From the IMG/VR virus record IMGVR_UViG_3300048606_000166, positions 19,869 to 83,868 of that record: DNA of 64,000 nucleotides. One strand, 5' to 3'. The position numbers and the translations under genes were made by a program. This DNA comes from a virus. Lineage: Duplodnaviria > Caudoviricetes. Below the pieces are notes generated by a model. It was given only the letters and a program-made list of their open reading frames with translations. It was not told where the DNA came from and did no database searches. Positions within the stretch are counted from its first letter, which is position 1; each line of letters opens with the position of its first letter. This document shows positions 1 through 8,907 of this stretch, piece by piece.

Positions 1-2
1 CG

Positions 3-437
3 ATGCTCGACGTCGTCTCGGCCTGGAAGGGCGAAGGCGAAGGCCTCACCTCCGATGTGGGCGGTTGGGACAACCCCGCCTTTCTGGCGACGCTCCGCGG
101 CGCCGACGTCCGGTTCCGGTACGCGGTCCCCGCCGACGCGCGCGAGCCCGCACGCCTCGCCGCCGAGGCCCTGCGCCAGCGCTTTCTCGATGCCGGCGCC
201 GTGAACGTCACCTCGGAGCCGGAGGCCATCTCGCAGACCCGCGCGCGCGCCCCCGAAATCGTCGAGGCGCTGACCACCTGGGACAAGCTCCAAACCCTCT
301 GGCGCCTGCGCCAGGTGACACACCCTGACGCCCGCGTCGCTCGGTTGAAGGACAAGGTCACCGAGCTCGAAAACGAGTCACACGCCGTCTTCTACACTGA
401 CGGCGCCGGAAAGCCCGCCGTCGCCCGGTACGCATGA
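3..437 (+). CDS. 5'-truncated ORF, possibly the C-terminus of an SbcD/Mre11-like nuclease
   Basis: Open at window edge; lies upstream of an SbcC-like ATPase; catalytic motifs would be outside the window. Confidence 0.45.
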   Translation: MLDVVSAWKGEGEGLTSDVGGWDNPAFLATLRGADVRFRYAVPADAREPARLAAEALRQRFLDAGAVNVTSEPEAISQTRARAPEIVEALTTWDKLQTLWRLRQVTHPDARVARLKDKVTELENESHAVFYTDGAGKPAVARYA

Positions 438-452
438 GGCGCCGCGTTGCTT

Positions 453-647
453 TCAATCTGACGCGCTCCTCCATCCAAGCTTTCCGCACCATTTGCAGCG
501 CGCGTAGTCGAGCCTCGGCCCGAAGATTTCCCAGAGGGGTCGATCGGCTGGGCAGGCCACCGACCGCCAAGCGTGCGCCCCGCGCGAGCATCGCCGTGCG
601 GCCCGGTCCGCCCGCATCCACCGGAACCGCTCGAGAAGGCTGGCCAT
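453..647 (-). CDS. Small Cys-containing hypothetical protein downstream of the tRNA pair
   Basis: GGGGTG SD-like before ATG; CxxC (CKWC) motif. Confidence 0.5.
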   Translation of the reverse strand: MASLLERFRWMRADRAARRCSRGAHAWRSVACPADRPLWEIFGPRLDYARCKWCGKLGWRSASD

Positions 648-662
648 CCGTCACCCCGTTTG

Positions 663-734
663 AGGCGCGGATGGGATTCGAACCCACGTTGGACGGTTTT
701 GCAAACCGTTGCCTAGCCACTTGGCGACCGCGCC
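663..734 (-). tRNA. tRNA-Cys (GCA)
   Basis: Cloverleaf GGCGCGG...ACGGT-TTGCAAA-ACCGT...GTGGG-TTCGAAT-CCCAT-CCGCGCC, U discriminator; CCA not encoded. Confidence 0.93.
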
Positions 735-742
735 AAAAACTG

Positions 743-814
743 CTCCGGTGCGAGGGCTCGAACCTCGGACCCGGCGGTTAACAGCCGCCTGCTCTACCAC
801 TGAGCTACACCGGA
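743..814 (-). tRNA. tRNA-Asn (GTT)
   Basis: Cloverleaf TCCGGTG-TA-GCTC-AGTGGTA-GAGC-A-GGCGG-CTGTTAA-CCGCC...CGAGG-TTCGAGC-CCTCG-CACCGGA-G. Confidence 0.95.
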
Positions 815-890
815 ATTGGGTTGATGTGCGTTGTTGAGGTGCAGCATCATGCACGCACGCCACGCCGCGTCAAGAACGACCGGAGGATAA

Positions 891-1157
891 GTGTCCGCGA
901 CCCCGAACATCGTCACGCTCTACGCCGACGCCGACGGCGCACTGTCGTTTTACCCCTCCGACGGTGCGAGCGCCGTACCGTTCGAGCTCGCCGAGGGGTA
1001 CCGCCTCGAAGGCGGACTCGTCGGCGGACGCGTCGCCATCTTCGGCAAGCCGGGCAAGCTCGGTATGCAGGTCGACGAGGCCCTCACCGCGGGCGTTCTC
1101 AAGCCGGTCTTCGACAAGCGGCTCGCGAGCGTCGACGACGAGGAGCGAGACCCATAA
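891..1157 (+). CDS. Hypothetical protein
   Basis: GGAGGA SD before GTG; protein-like composition. Confidence 0.7.
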   Translation: MSATPNIVTLYADADGALSFYPSDGASAVPFELAEGYRLEGGLVGGRVAIFGKPGKLGMQVDEALTAGVLKPVFDKRLASVDDEERDP

Positions 1158-1199
1158 AAGTCTGCTCGCCTCGTCGGCGAGGTTTGTTAGGCCTCCGGT

Positions 1200-1228
1200 T
1201 TGATATTCGACATACGCGACCGTATACT
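1200..1228 (+). promoter_or_regulatory. Sigma70-type promoter of the sbcC-like gene (leaderless)
   Basis: TTGATA-17 bp-TATACT, then 6 nt to ATG at 1235. Confidence 0.75.
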
Positions 1229-1234
1229 AACGGT

Positions 1235-3658
1235 ATGCCTACGCTCACCGATCTACGCATTCGCGGCATCGGCTGCTTTACCGAAGAGATTCACGTGGAT
1301 CTCACGAAGCTCGAGGGCCCGCTCGTCGCCCTCGTCGGCGAGAACGGCGAAGGCAAGACCATGTTCTGCGAGAGCTGGCCGGCAGCCATGTATCGCAAGT
1401 TCCCAGCCCGCGGCAAGCTGAAGGAAGTCGCCACCGCCAGGGACGCCTTCATCGAGGCGCTCATCGTCAACAATGGTCACACCTACCGCATCCGGCAGAC
1501 CATCGACGCCCAGTCGGGCGACGGCGAGTCGCTCGTCGTCGACCCGGCCCACCCGAAGGTTCCGCTCACGAAGTCCGGCAAGGTGAGCGAGTACGACGTC
1601 TGGGCCAAGCGCCACCTCCCCTCTCCCGAGGTGCTCTACTGCTCGATCTTCGGTGTCCAGGGTAGCCTCGGGTTTCTCGACTTGGACCCCGCCCCACGCA
1701 AGGGCGTGCTGCTCCGCGTGCTCGGCCATGAGCACCTCGAGAAAAAAGCGTCGTGCGCGGGCAGGCATGCCGACAAGCTCGACACGGATCTGCAAAAGTT
1801 CGCGGCCCGCCTCGGCGATGAACGAAAGCGCTCGGGCGACTTCGACGCGCTGGTCAACCGTCTGCAGGAGCTTCAGGGCGCTTTGCCGGCGGCCGAAGCC
1901 GCGCTTGCCGCGGCGCGAACCGCGAAGGAAGGCGCGAGCGCCCAGCTCGCCCGGGCCGAGCTTCAAGAGAAAGCCGCGCAGCAAGCGGCTCTACGCCGCT
2001 CCGCCCTCGAGCAGAAGATCGCCGAGCTGCAAAAAGCAATCGCCGACATCGAAGAGCGCCTCGCCAGTAACCGCAAGGTGCTCGGCAACGCCGAGAAGAT
2101 CCGCGCGGCCGAAGCGCGCATGCCCGTCGCAGCTGCCGAGCAGGCCGAAGCGCGCGCGGCGCTGCAGACGATCGACGAGACGATCCGCGCCCTCGAGCTT
2201 GAGAAGAAGCAGCTCATCGACGCGCGCCTGAAAGCCGTCGCCGCCTTCGACGGTTGGCGCAAGACGATCGCCGAGCAGGAGAAACGCCTCTCGATGCGCG
2301 CCGCGGTCGAAGCGGCCACGGCGGCCCTGCCCGCCCTCGAGGCCGCGTTTTTGGCACGCAAGCAAACCGCGGACGCCGACGCCCACGCGCTCGAGGAGCT
2401 GAAGCGAGCCGCGCTTCACGGCGCGGGCGGCCGCATCACGTCGCTCCGCACGGCGCACGAGACGATTGCCGCGGGCGCCGACGCTCCCCGCGCCATCTCG
2501 CGCGAGGCCATTGAAGCCGACGACGTCCACAAGAAAGCGGGCGACGAAGCCCCGGAGCGCATCGCCGAGCTCACCCGAAAGCTCACTGGCGAGCGCCAGG
2601 AACTCGACCGCATCGCGCGCGAGATCGCCGCGATCGAGCGCACCGCCGCGAGGAAAGAGGAGCTCGACGCGATCGACGAGGCTCTGGTAACGATGCGCAC
2701 GGCGGCCGCCGGGGTAGAAGCCGATGTTGCCCGGCTTGATGTCGCGATCGCCGATGTGCCGGCCCCACCCTCGCGCGCCGATGGCAAGGCGAAGCTCGAT
2801 GCGCTCAGCGAGGAGATCGCCCGGCTCGCGAAGCTCGCCCCGCTCGCCACCCCCCTCTCGAATGCAGAGACCCGCCTGGCCGAACTCGCCCCCCAGCTCG
2901 AGGAGCGCCGCGCCAGGGTCGCCACCGCGCGCGCCGAGCTTCTGGCGATCGAGCCGGTCGAGCTACCGGTACGCCCCGACGTGACCGCGATCGATCGCCG
3001 TCTCGCGGCCAGCGAGGCGGCCGACCGAAAGCTCCGCGCCGACATCGCCGCCGCCAATGCGGGGCTCGAAGCGTCGGAGGTAAGTCGCGCGCGCGCCGAC
3101 GAGCTCGCCGAGGAGGTTCGCCGAGCCGAGGAGGAGATGACCGACTGGCGTCTGCTTCAGCAGGACCTCGGACGCGACGGCGTCCAGGCGCTCGAGATCG
3201 ATGGCGTCGGTCCGGAGCTCACCGAGATCGCGAACGAGCTTTTGCGCACCTGCTACGGCACCAGGTTCATGGTGGAGATCACGACGACGAGGCCGCGCGC
3301 CGTCGGCGAGGGCGACACGGAAGGCTGCTGGGTGCTCGTGACCGACAACCTGAAGCAGCGAACGAGCGAGGCCAAGACCTTCTCTGGCGGCGAACGCGTG
3401 ATGATTTCGGAGGCCATCAACCTCGCCATCCTGGCCCTCGTCTGCAAAAGGACGGGCGACCGCGAGCCGACCATCGTGCGCGACGAGACCGCGGCTGCGC
3501 TCTCGGCCGGTAACGCACCCAGGTACATCGCCATGCTCCGCCGCGCGGCCGCGATGATCGGCGCCTCGAAGGTGCTCTACGTGTCGCACGACCCCGAGAG
3601 CCAAGCGCTCGCCGACTCGCGCCTTGTCTTCTCGAGCGGCATGATCCGGGCGGCCTGA
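1235..3658 (+). CDS. sbcC: SbcC/Rad50-like ABC ATPase with long coiled coil
   Basis: Walker A GENGEGKT, signature FSGGE, Walker B IVRDE, H-loop VSH; start MPTLTDLRIRGIG follows the promoter. Confidence 0.88.
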   Translation: MPTLTDLRIRGIGCFTEEIHVDLTKLEGPLVALVGENGEGKTMFCESWPAAMYRKFPARGKLKEVATARDAFIEALIVNNGHTYRIRQTIDAQSGDGESLVVDPAHPKVPLTKSGKVSEYDVWAKRHLPSPEVLYCSIFGVQGSLGFLDLDPAPRKGVLLRVLGHEHLEKKASCAGRHADKLDTDLQKFAARLGDERKRSGDFDALVNRLQELQGALPAAEAALAAARTAKEGASAQLARAELQEKAAQQAALRRSALEQKIAELQKAIADIEERLASNRKVLGNAEKIRAAEARMPVAAAEQAEARAALQTIDETIRALELEKKQLIDARLKAVAAFDGWRKTIAEQEKRLSMRAAVEAATAALPALEAAFLARKQTADADAHALEELKRAALHGAGGRITSLRTAHETIAAGADAPRAISREAIEADDVHKKAGDEAPERIAELTRKLTGERQELDRIAREIAAIERTAARKEELDAIDEALVTMRTAAAGVEADVARLDVAIADVPAPPSRADGKAKLDALSEEIARLAKLAPLATPLSNAETRLAELAPQLEERRARVATARAELLAIEPVELPVRPDVTAIDRRLAASEAADRKLRADIAAANAGLEASEVSRARADELAEEVRRAEEEMTDWRLLQQDLGRDGVQALEIDGVGPELTEIANELLRTCYGTRFMVEITTTRPRAVGEGDTEGCWVLVTDNLKQRTSEAKTFSGGERVMISEAINLAILALVCKRTGDREPTIVRDETAAALSAGNAPRYIAMLRRAAAMIGASKVLYVSHDPESQALADSRLVFSSGMIRAA

Positions 3659-3663
3659 TCCCC

Positions 3664-3692
3664 TTGCGCGCCCCCGAGAATTGTATTACAAT
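3664..3692 (+). promoter_or_regulatory. TA operon promoter with palindromic operator
   Basis: TTGCGC-17 bp-TACAAT; TTGTA-T-TACAA palindrome at 3681-3691 overlaps the -10; GTG 6 nt downstream. Confidence 0.7.
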
Positions 3693-3698
3693 AGTCTG

Positions 3699-3980
3699 GT
3701 GAAGCAGCACTACGAATGGGACGAAGCGAAGGCCGCCGCGAACCTGAAAAAGCACGGCGTCTCGTTCGTTGATGCCGCCTCGGCGTTCGATGACGTGAAC
3801 GCCGTTTTCGCGGCCGACTACATCGACCCCGCTCGAACGCTGATGATCGCCTATGCCAAGGTCGGCGACCGCCTGCTGGCGATCATTTTCACCGAAGTCG
3901 CTTCGGACCTCCTCCGGATCATCAGCGCCCGCCCCGCAACCAAAGCCGAAAGGAAACGTTATGAAGAAAAAGACCGCTAA
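3699..3980 (+). CDS. brnT: BrnT-family toxin (DUF497 ribonuclease)
   Basis: YEWDEAKAAANLKKHGVSF...RIISARPATKAERKRYE family motifs. Confidence 0.9.
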   Translation: MKQHYEWDEAKAAANLKKHGVSFVDAASAFDDVNAVFAADYIDPARTLMIAYAKVGDRLLAIIFTEVASDLLRIISARPATKAERKRYEEKDR

Positions 3981-4308
3981 CGTCGCCGAGCCTTCGAAGG
4001 CGTCGCTCCGCGCGATGCCAGAATTCGACATGAGCAAGGCGAAGTTCGTACGCCGTAACCCTTACGCCGAACGCATCCGCAAAGCCGGCGGCTACATGGT
4101 TTCTGTCGACGGTAAGAAGCCGTATTTCGTGCGCGTCGGCGCCGGCCGACCCAAAAATGGCGAGGACGTCGGGCCGAGCTCCGTTCGATCGGTCCGACTG
4201 CCCGACGCCTTTTGGAAGGAGCTTGCAACCCGCGCCGCCGCGCACTCGGTCACCTTGCACGCCGAGCTACGCGCCGCCATCGCCAAGCACCTGCGGCGCG
4301 CGAGCTGA
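3961..4308 (+). CDS. brnA: BrnA-like antitoxin with C-terminal ribbon-helix-helix
   Basis: Overlaps brnT; MPEFDMSKAKFVRRNPYA and GRPK...SVRLPDAFW motifs. Confidence 0.8.
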   Translation: MKKKTANVAEPSKASLRAMPEFDMSKAKFVRRNPYAERIRKAGGYMVSVDGKKPYFVRVGAGRPKNGEDVGPSSVRSVRLPDAFWKELATRAAAHSVTLHAELRAAIAKHLRRAS

Positions 4309-4445
4309 CGTTTCCTCGGACGACGTCCGATTCTTTGAGGTAACGTTTTTTGCGGCGTCCGCTGCTTTGTCGTCCGCGTCATTCTTGGGGTGGCCGCGGC
4401 CGGGGGGGTTGGCGGGCGCCACCTTTTATCGGGGAGGTGGCCGCC

Positions 4446-4844
4446 ATGCTGACGAAAGACGAATACGAGAACCGGTACCAAGAGAACCAGGCGCTGAGCG
4501 GCTTTGGGCTCGAGGTCAAGACACATCTGCCGTGCCCCTTCTGCGCCGCACCGGAGTTTCTCGTCTATCCGATCTGGCCGCCCGACGAGCACCAGAAGGC
4601 CCTCGAGAAGGGCGCCGACTGCAAAGAGTGCGGCCGCGGGATGCGCGTCGTCTACACGGCCAATACGCAGAGCATGCTGGCCTTCAAGATGGTGCAGACG
4701 AAGGGCGACGACCCGCCTGACTACATTCTCATCGGCCGCGAGGAGCGCGCCGAGGCGGTGCGACCGCCGCCGCCGCTCGACCTCGACCTCGAGCCGGAGT
4801 CGAAGCCCAAAGGCGAAGTCGTACGCATCGAGAAGGACGAGTGA
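4446..4844 (+). CDS. Zn-ribbon hypothetical protein
   Basis: CPFC and CKEC pairs; GGAGGTGG SD. Confidence 0.75.
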   Translation: MLTKDEYENRYQENQALSGFGLEVKTHLPCPFCAAPEFLVYPIWPPDEHQKALEKGADCKECGRGMRVVYTANTQSMLAFKMVQTKGDDPPDYILIGREERAEAVRPPPPLDLDLEPESKPKGEVVRIEKDE

Positions 4845-4850
4845 GGGGCG

Positions 4851-5189
4851 ATGACGCTTGACGAACTCGAGAGCCTGGTCGCCAAGGTCGAGCTTCGGAA
4901 CTTTCCTTTCCAGGTCCGCATCGCAACACGGTGGTTTTATGTCGGGCAGCGAAAGACTCTCGTCATTGCCATCCAAGCCAAGATCAAAGACCGCGACACG
5001 GGCTTGCCCTCGTACGTGGACTTTGAGCAAAGCTATTCGGAAGCCCAGATCGACCCCTGGGACGAAGACGCCGCAATGGAGCTCGCCTTGTATCGACCGC
5101 TTCGGGACATGGCGATCCACGAGGTGGCCGAGGCCCTCCACTTCAAGGGCGTGAGGATTTACGACCCGCACCGCGACGAGAAGACTTAG
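4851..5189 (+). CDS. Hypothetical protein
   Basis: GAGGGG SD, operonic with the upstream ORF. Confidence 0.75.
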   Translation: MTLDELESLVAKVELRNFPFQVRIATRWFYVGQRKTLVIAIQAKIKDRDTGLPSYVDFEQSYSEAQIDPWDEDAAMELALYRPLRDMAIHEVAEALHFKGVRIYDPHRDEKT

Positions 5190-5923
5190 TCGTGCTTGCC
5201 CTGCGCGAACTCGCGACGGTACTCGGCCTCTTCGTCTTCCAGCACGCTCCGAACGAACTCGGGAAAGTGCGTCTGAAATACCGCTATCTCCGCGGCGATG
5301 TCGGCGTCGGTAAGCACCGAGTGCGCCACGCCCTCGGCGTCGAGGCCGAGCTGGGTTTTGTCGGGTTGCTCGGGGCGCGTCGGCTCGGGCATGTGCGGTT
5401 CGACGACCTTGCCGAAGTAGCTGACGAACGACTGCATCGCCGTCGCGTAGGGGGCGGGCTTGGCCGTGAAGTAGTTGAGGCGGCCGAGCTCGAAGGCCGC
5501 CTTGCTCACCTCGAGCTCTTCAAAAAACTCGAGGCACTTCTTGTAGCGGCCGCCCATGAGCGCGAAGTAGCCGGCGGCGCCGAGGGCCGCCCGCTGGCTG
5601 CTCGACTGGTCGATCGCGCCGTACGAGCGGAACTTCAAGTCCATGTTTTTCCACTCGTCGACGCCGTCGATTTCGAGTTTCTTGACGCGCTCGGCCACGT
5701 GCAGAACGAAATGGTCGCCGCCCCAACCCTTGCCGGCCGTCACATTTCCGACGCAGTACTGGTCTAAGGCGAGGCCCCGGCGATTCTCGAGCGCCACCTG
5801 CGCCCATGCGCACGCGAGCCGGTTGGGACTGCACGGCGCTCCGAAGGCAAGTATGTGGCCCTTGCGCAGCGCGGTAGCGACCTCGACCTCACTGAGGGGC
5901 GTGCGGATTCGGGGAACTTCCAT
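5186..5923 (-). CDS. Putative endolysin, GH73/FlgJ-like lysozyme fold
   Basis: AQVALEN (cf. AQAALES), KFRSY and NYFTAKPAPY (cf. GYATDPxY) motifs; end of lysis cassette. Confidence 0.6.
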   Translation of the reverse strand: MEVPRIRTPLSEVEVATALRKGHILAFGAPCSPNRLACAWAQVALENRRGLALDQYCVGNVTAGKGWGGDHFVLHVAERVKKLEIDGVDEWKNMDLKFRSYGAIDQSSSQRAALGAAGYFALMGGRYKKCLEFFEELEVSKAAFELGRLNYFTAKPAPYATAMQSFVSYFGKVVEPHMPEPTRPEQPDKTQLGLDAEGVAHSVLTDADIAAEIAVFQTHFPEFVRSVLEDEEAEYRREFAQGKHD

Positions 5924-6566
5924 GTAGTTGAGAGTACCGCTCGCTAGCGGCAAGCTCCGCCCAAATGACCGGCGGCTTACCGCCAACACGCGACGAAGCG
6001 CGGTTCACCATCCGGCGAAAGAGGCGCACGCGCCGCGCGCTTTCTTTGACCGCCTGCTCGCTCGAGCACCCCCCCGAGAGGTAGTTGACGAACTCCCCCT
6101 CGGGAATGTCCGGACAAGCGACGAAGGAACGGCGAAGCCGTCGTAGGGTCATCCGCAGGCAAAGCTCGCGGTCGGCGACGAGCTCGGCACCGGTGTGCCC
6201 TTCCTCGGTCACGCCCTCGTCATTCGTGAGGAGCTGCCCGAGGCACCAGCTCTTGCCCTTGTCGCCTTGCCCGTGCGCGAGGCCGAAATCGCTCGAGCGA
6301 TGCCAACCGCTTTCGGCGTGCGTCGCGGTGAGGATGGCGACCGCGGTATACAAACGTATATCAAGCCCGAGCAGCGGCACCGGCTCGATCGCTGCGAGCG
6401 GCTTCTCGTCAAGCGCGACCACGACGACCGCCTCGCTGATGCCGTGGTAGCGCTCGCCGCGCTGCTCGATGGTTTCGATGTTCTCGGGGAAGCCGCGACG
6501 CGTTGTCACCGAAAGCGGGATCGCCCAGACCATCAGCCCAAACACCCAAAGCGCTAGTGTGTTCAT
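5889..6566 (-). CDS. Lytic transglycosylase-like protein with N-terminal hydrophobic segment
   Basis: HAESG catalytic-Glu-like motif, GKSWCLGQL; N-terminal signal/anchor. Confidence 0.55.
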   Translation of the reverse strand: MNTLALWVFGLMVWAIPLSVTTRRGFPENIETIEQRGERYHGISEAVVVVALDEKPLAAIEPVPLLGLDIRLYTAVAILTATHAESGWHRSSDFGLAHGQGDKGKSWCLGQLLTNDEGVTEEGHTGAELVADRELCLRMTLRRLRRSFVACPDIPEGEFVNYLSGGCSSEQAVKESARRVRLFRRMVNRASSRVGGKPPVIWAELAASERYSQLHGSSPNPHAPQ

Positions 6567-6761
6567 ACTGCCCAACGCTACCGGCCGTTAGCGCCGACTC
6601 CACCCCCGGGACCGTACGATGCCTTTCCGGTTGACGCGGTGTGCAATTCGGCCCAGCCGCGCCCACGGCGCGCCGTGAACCTATCGGCAAAGAGCCGTGC
6701 ATCCGTCAACTTAAGGGCCGCTTTTCGTCGGATCCTTTTTGCCCAATTCGCCCCATAGAGG

Positions 6762-6860
6762 TCAGTTTGACGATTTGGTCAATTCGCGAATGCCGTCGGC
6801 CGCGATCGCGATGAGCCCGGCGACAACGACCGCGAACCATATCCACTCGAAAGCGCTCAT
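6762..6860 (-). CDS. 32-aa single-TM peptide
   Basis: MSAFEWIWFAVVVAGLIAIAADGIRELTKSSN; ATGA overlap with the upstream stop. Confidence 0.55.
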   Translation of the reverse strand: MSAFEWIWFAVVVAGLIAIAADGIRELTKSSN

Positions 6861-7195
6861 TCGCGGTCGCCCGGCCGCGCTGGCGGCGAGGGCGCGTCCG
6901 GGCCGATGAGCTCCGTCCAGAATTCTTTCATGAGCTCTCGGTTCTCGGTCTGAAGCCGAAGACGCGTCGCCAGCATCGCCGGCATCCACCCGCGCACGTG
7001 AAGGCCCTCGGCAAAGCCCGAGATAAAGGAGGAGCCGTAGCCCATGGCGCCGTCGAGACGAAGCTCGACCGCGTCCTCGCTCGCGAGCGCGAGGTGGACG
7101 CGGTGAGCGAGCGCCTCGCCCGAGAACGGCCCGTCGCCGAAGAGACGGCCGGCCGGGTGCGGCGAAAAGTCTGTGGCCACATCGATGCTCTTCAT
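6857..7195 (-). CDS. STAS-like (DUF4325-type) domain protein
   Basis: DFSPHPAGR...SGE...LDGAMGYGSSF motif pattern. Confidence 0.7.
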   Translation of the reverse strand: MKSIDVATDFSPHPAGRLFGDGPFSGEALAHRVHLALASEDAVELRLDGAMGYGSSFISGFAEGLHVRGWMPAMLATRLRLQTENRELMKEFWTELIGPDAPSPPARPGDRE

Positions 7196-7485
7196 GGCTT
7201 GCCTCCGCAAATGCGCGCGAGCTGGCGCGCGCTCTCGTCGTCGCTTTCGCGGTTCAGGCGCAGGCGCTCCCCGGCCCGGATGTCGCGGATGATCTCGGCC
7301 GTCTGAAGGACCACAAGGACGCGGCCGACGCTGCCCCCGGGCGTTTTCTGCATCGCCTCAATGGTGCCGACCAGTTGGACGGCGAGGTCCTCGTCGCTCG
7401 CCTCTGCGCAAAGCTCCGCCATCTTCGCACGGCGTTCGGGCGTGCCCACCTCCGGGAATTGCTCGGTGGGTTTCCTTGTCGTCAT
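7192..7485 (-). CDS. Hypothetical protein
   Basis: ATGA-coupled within the operon. Confidence 0.7.
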   Translation of the reverse strand: MTTRKPTEQFPEVGTPERRAKMAELCAEASDEDLAVQLVGTIEAMQKTPGGSVGRVLVVLQTAEIIRDIRAGERLRLNRESDDESARQLARICGGKP

Positions 7486-7676
7486 GGCGTTTTGATGAGG
7501 ATGCGATCGCCAACGAGTGAGACGTCGCAGGTGACGCCGGCGTCACTCGCCATCTGTTGAAGGATCTCGACGCGGCGAGCCGGGGAGAACGGCGCGAGCA
7601 TGGTTGCGAGCCGCCGGATGGAGCGTAGGGTCTCCGGGCTCGGAGCCTTTCCAAGCTGGTGACGGCAGCAAAGCAT
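7482..7676 (-). CDS. Hypothetical protein
   Basis: TAATG coupling to the upstream stop. Confidence 0.55.
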   Translation of the reverse strand: MLCCRHQLGKAPSPETLRSIRRLATMLAPFSPARRVEILQQMASDAGVTCDVSLVGDRILIKTP

Positions 7677-8011
7677 TACCTCGTGCACCCATTCTGCCGC
7701 GCCGCCTCGGTCGCCGCGCAATTGGGGTCGTTCTCGATGCGAAGGATGCAGATCTCGTGCATCGAGATCGCCTGCGCGTTCGCGTTGCGGCAGACGTCGG
7801 CCCATGTCCCTCCCCCCCTCGGCTCGGGCGGGGGGCACCGGAGCTCGATCATGTGCTCATAGGCGCGGAGGCAAAGATCCGCGCCCGCCTCCATCGGCGT
7901 CGGCGTCGGCGGCCGCGGCCGCTCGGGAGGCGGACCCGGACCGGGGGCAGGAGAAACGACGCAACCGGATAGAGCGAGCGCCAGAGCCACGACGGCAAGC
8001 GGCTTGTGCAT
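7676..8011 (-). CDS. Pro/Cys-rich lipoprotein (o-spanin candidate)
   Basis: Signal peptide with lipobox LALSG-C, followed by a Pro-rich tract. Confidence 0.65.
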   Translation of the reverse strand: MHKPLAVVALALALSGCVVSPAPGPGPPPERPRPPTPTPMEAGADLCLRAYEHMIELRCPPPEPRGGGTWADVCRNANAQAISMHEICILRIENDPNCAATEAARQNGCTR

Positions 8012-8018
8012 GCGGGCC

Positions 8019-8906
8019 TCACTGGAAAATGGGGACGTGCTCGATGATGGAAACGTGGCTGACCATGGGCGAGCAGAAGAGCTCGGCGGTGAGGATGCCG
8101 TAGCCGTCGAAGCCCCAGTCGAGCCACCAGTTATCGACCTGCACGAGCGTCGGCATCGCCGGAAAGCCCTGCACGATTGGACGCCAGATCTTGGCGACTG
8201 TCTGCATGTGACCGCCGATGATGGCGCCCGGGTCGACCGCCTCGATCGGGCTCTCGCCGACGTGCTCTTCGTAAGCGTGATCGACCTGGATGCCGAACTC
8301 GACCGGGAGGCGCCGCCGCATCGCCGCCGCGGCTATGACGAGCCGCTCAGGGCCGAGGGGATCGATGCGCGCGTATTTGAGCCCGCGTTGGCTGAAGGCG
8401 GTGACGTACAGATCGCCGGGCGGCTGCTGCTTGATGAACTTCGCATCGTCGGAGTAGGGATATTGGTCCCACGGAATAAAGCCGAGCTCCTCTTCGCTCA
8501 TGAGGAGGTTCACGGGCTGACACCCGACGTCCTCCGGCAGTGGCAGCGTCTCGAGGTCGACGCCGCGCGTCCCGTCGTCGCGCGCGATGCCGAGGTAGCG
8601 AGCGACGAGCGCGCGCCGCCGCGCGTTCCAATAGCTGAAACCGGGAGCGCCGAGCGGCTGGTCCTCGATGCCGTTCGCCTCGTAGAAGAGATTGCGCGAG
8701 CGTGTACGCGCGAAGGCGACGCACGCGCCGGCGTTGCCCTGGTAGATGCGCGGCCCCCGAAATGGCGTGTGGTCGGCCCTCTCGAGCAGGCGGAAGGTCG
8801 GAAGACGAAGCCGACCGAAGAGCTCCTCGGGCGGCGGGTGCACGACGCCCAGCGGATCCGCCTCGAATCCGCGGCCGCGCCCAGGGAGCTCGCGAATGGT
8901 CGGCAT
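8019..8906 (-). CDS. Papain-like (C1A) cysteine peptidase
   Basis: QGNAGACVAF (Gln/Cys), GGHMQTV (His), VDNWWLDWGFDGYG (Asn, WGxxGY). Confidence 0.82.
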   Translation of the reverse strand: MPTIRELPGRGRGFEADPLGVVHPPPEELFGRLRLPTFRLLERADHTPFRGPRIYQGNAGACVAFARTRSRNLFYEANGIEDQPLGAPGFSYWNARRRALVARYLGIARDDGTRGVDLETLPLPEDVGCQPVNLLMSEEELGFIPWDQYPYSDDAKFIKQQPPGDLYVTAFSQRGLKYARIDPLGPERLVIAAAAMRRRLPVEFGIQVDHAYEEHVGESPIEAVDPGAIIGGHMQTVAKIWRPIVQGFPAMPTLVQVDNWWLDWGFDGYGILTAELFCSPMVSHVSIIEHVPIFQ

Positions 8907-8907
8907 C

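Noticed and set aside
663-814. tRNA pair as a prophage attachment site or boundary
   Set aside because: Phage-type genes continue on both sides, no duplicated tRNA 3' end is seen and there is no integrase in the window
821-1234. N-terminal extension of the SbcC-like ORF as given in the track
   Set aside because: Low-complexity Arg-rich frame overlapping the real ORF 891-1157; the promoter and Walker A position support ATG 1235
6680-6750. c-di-GMP-I (GEMM)-like riboswitch on the minus strand (GGCAAA...GACGAAAAGC...TTTGCC)
   Set aside because: The P2 hairpin with GNRA tetraloop is missing; only scattered motif similarity. An Infernal search would settle it
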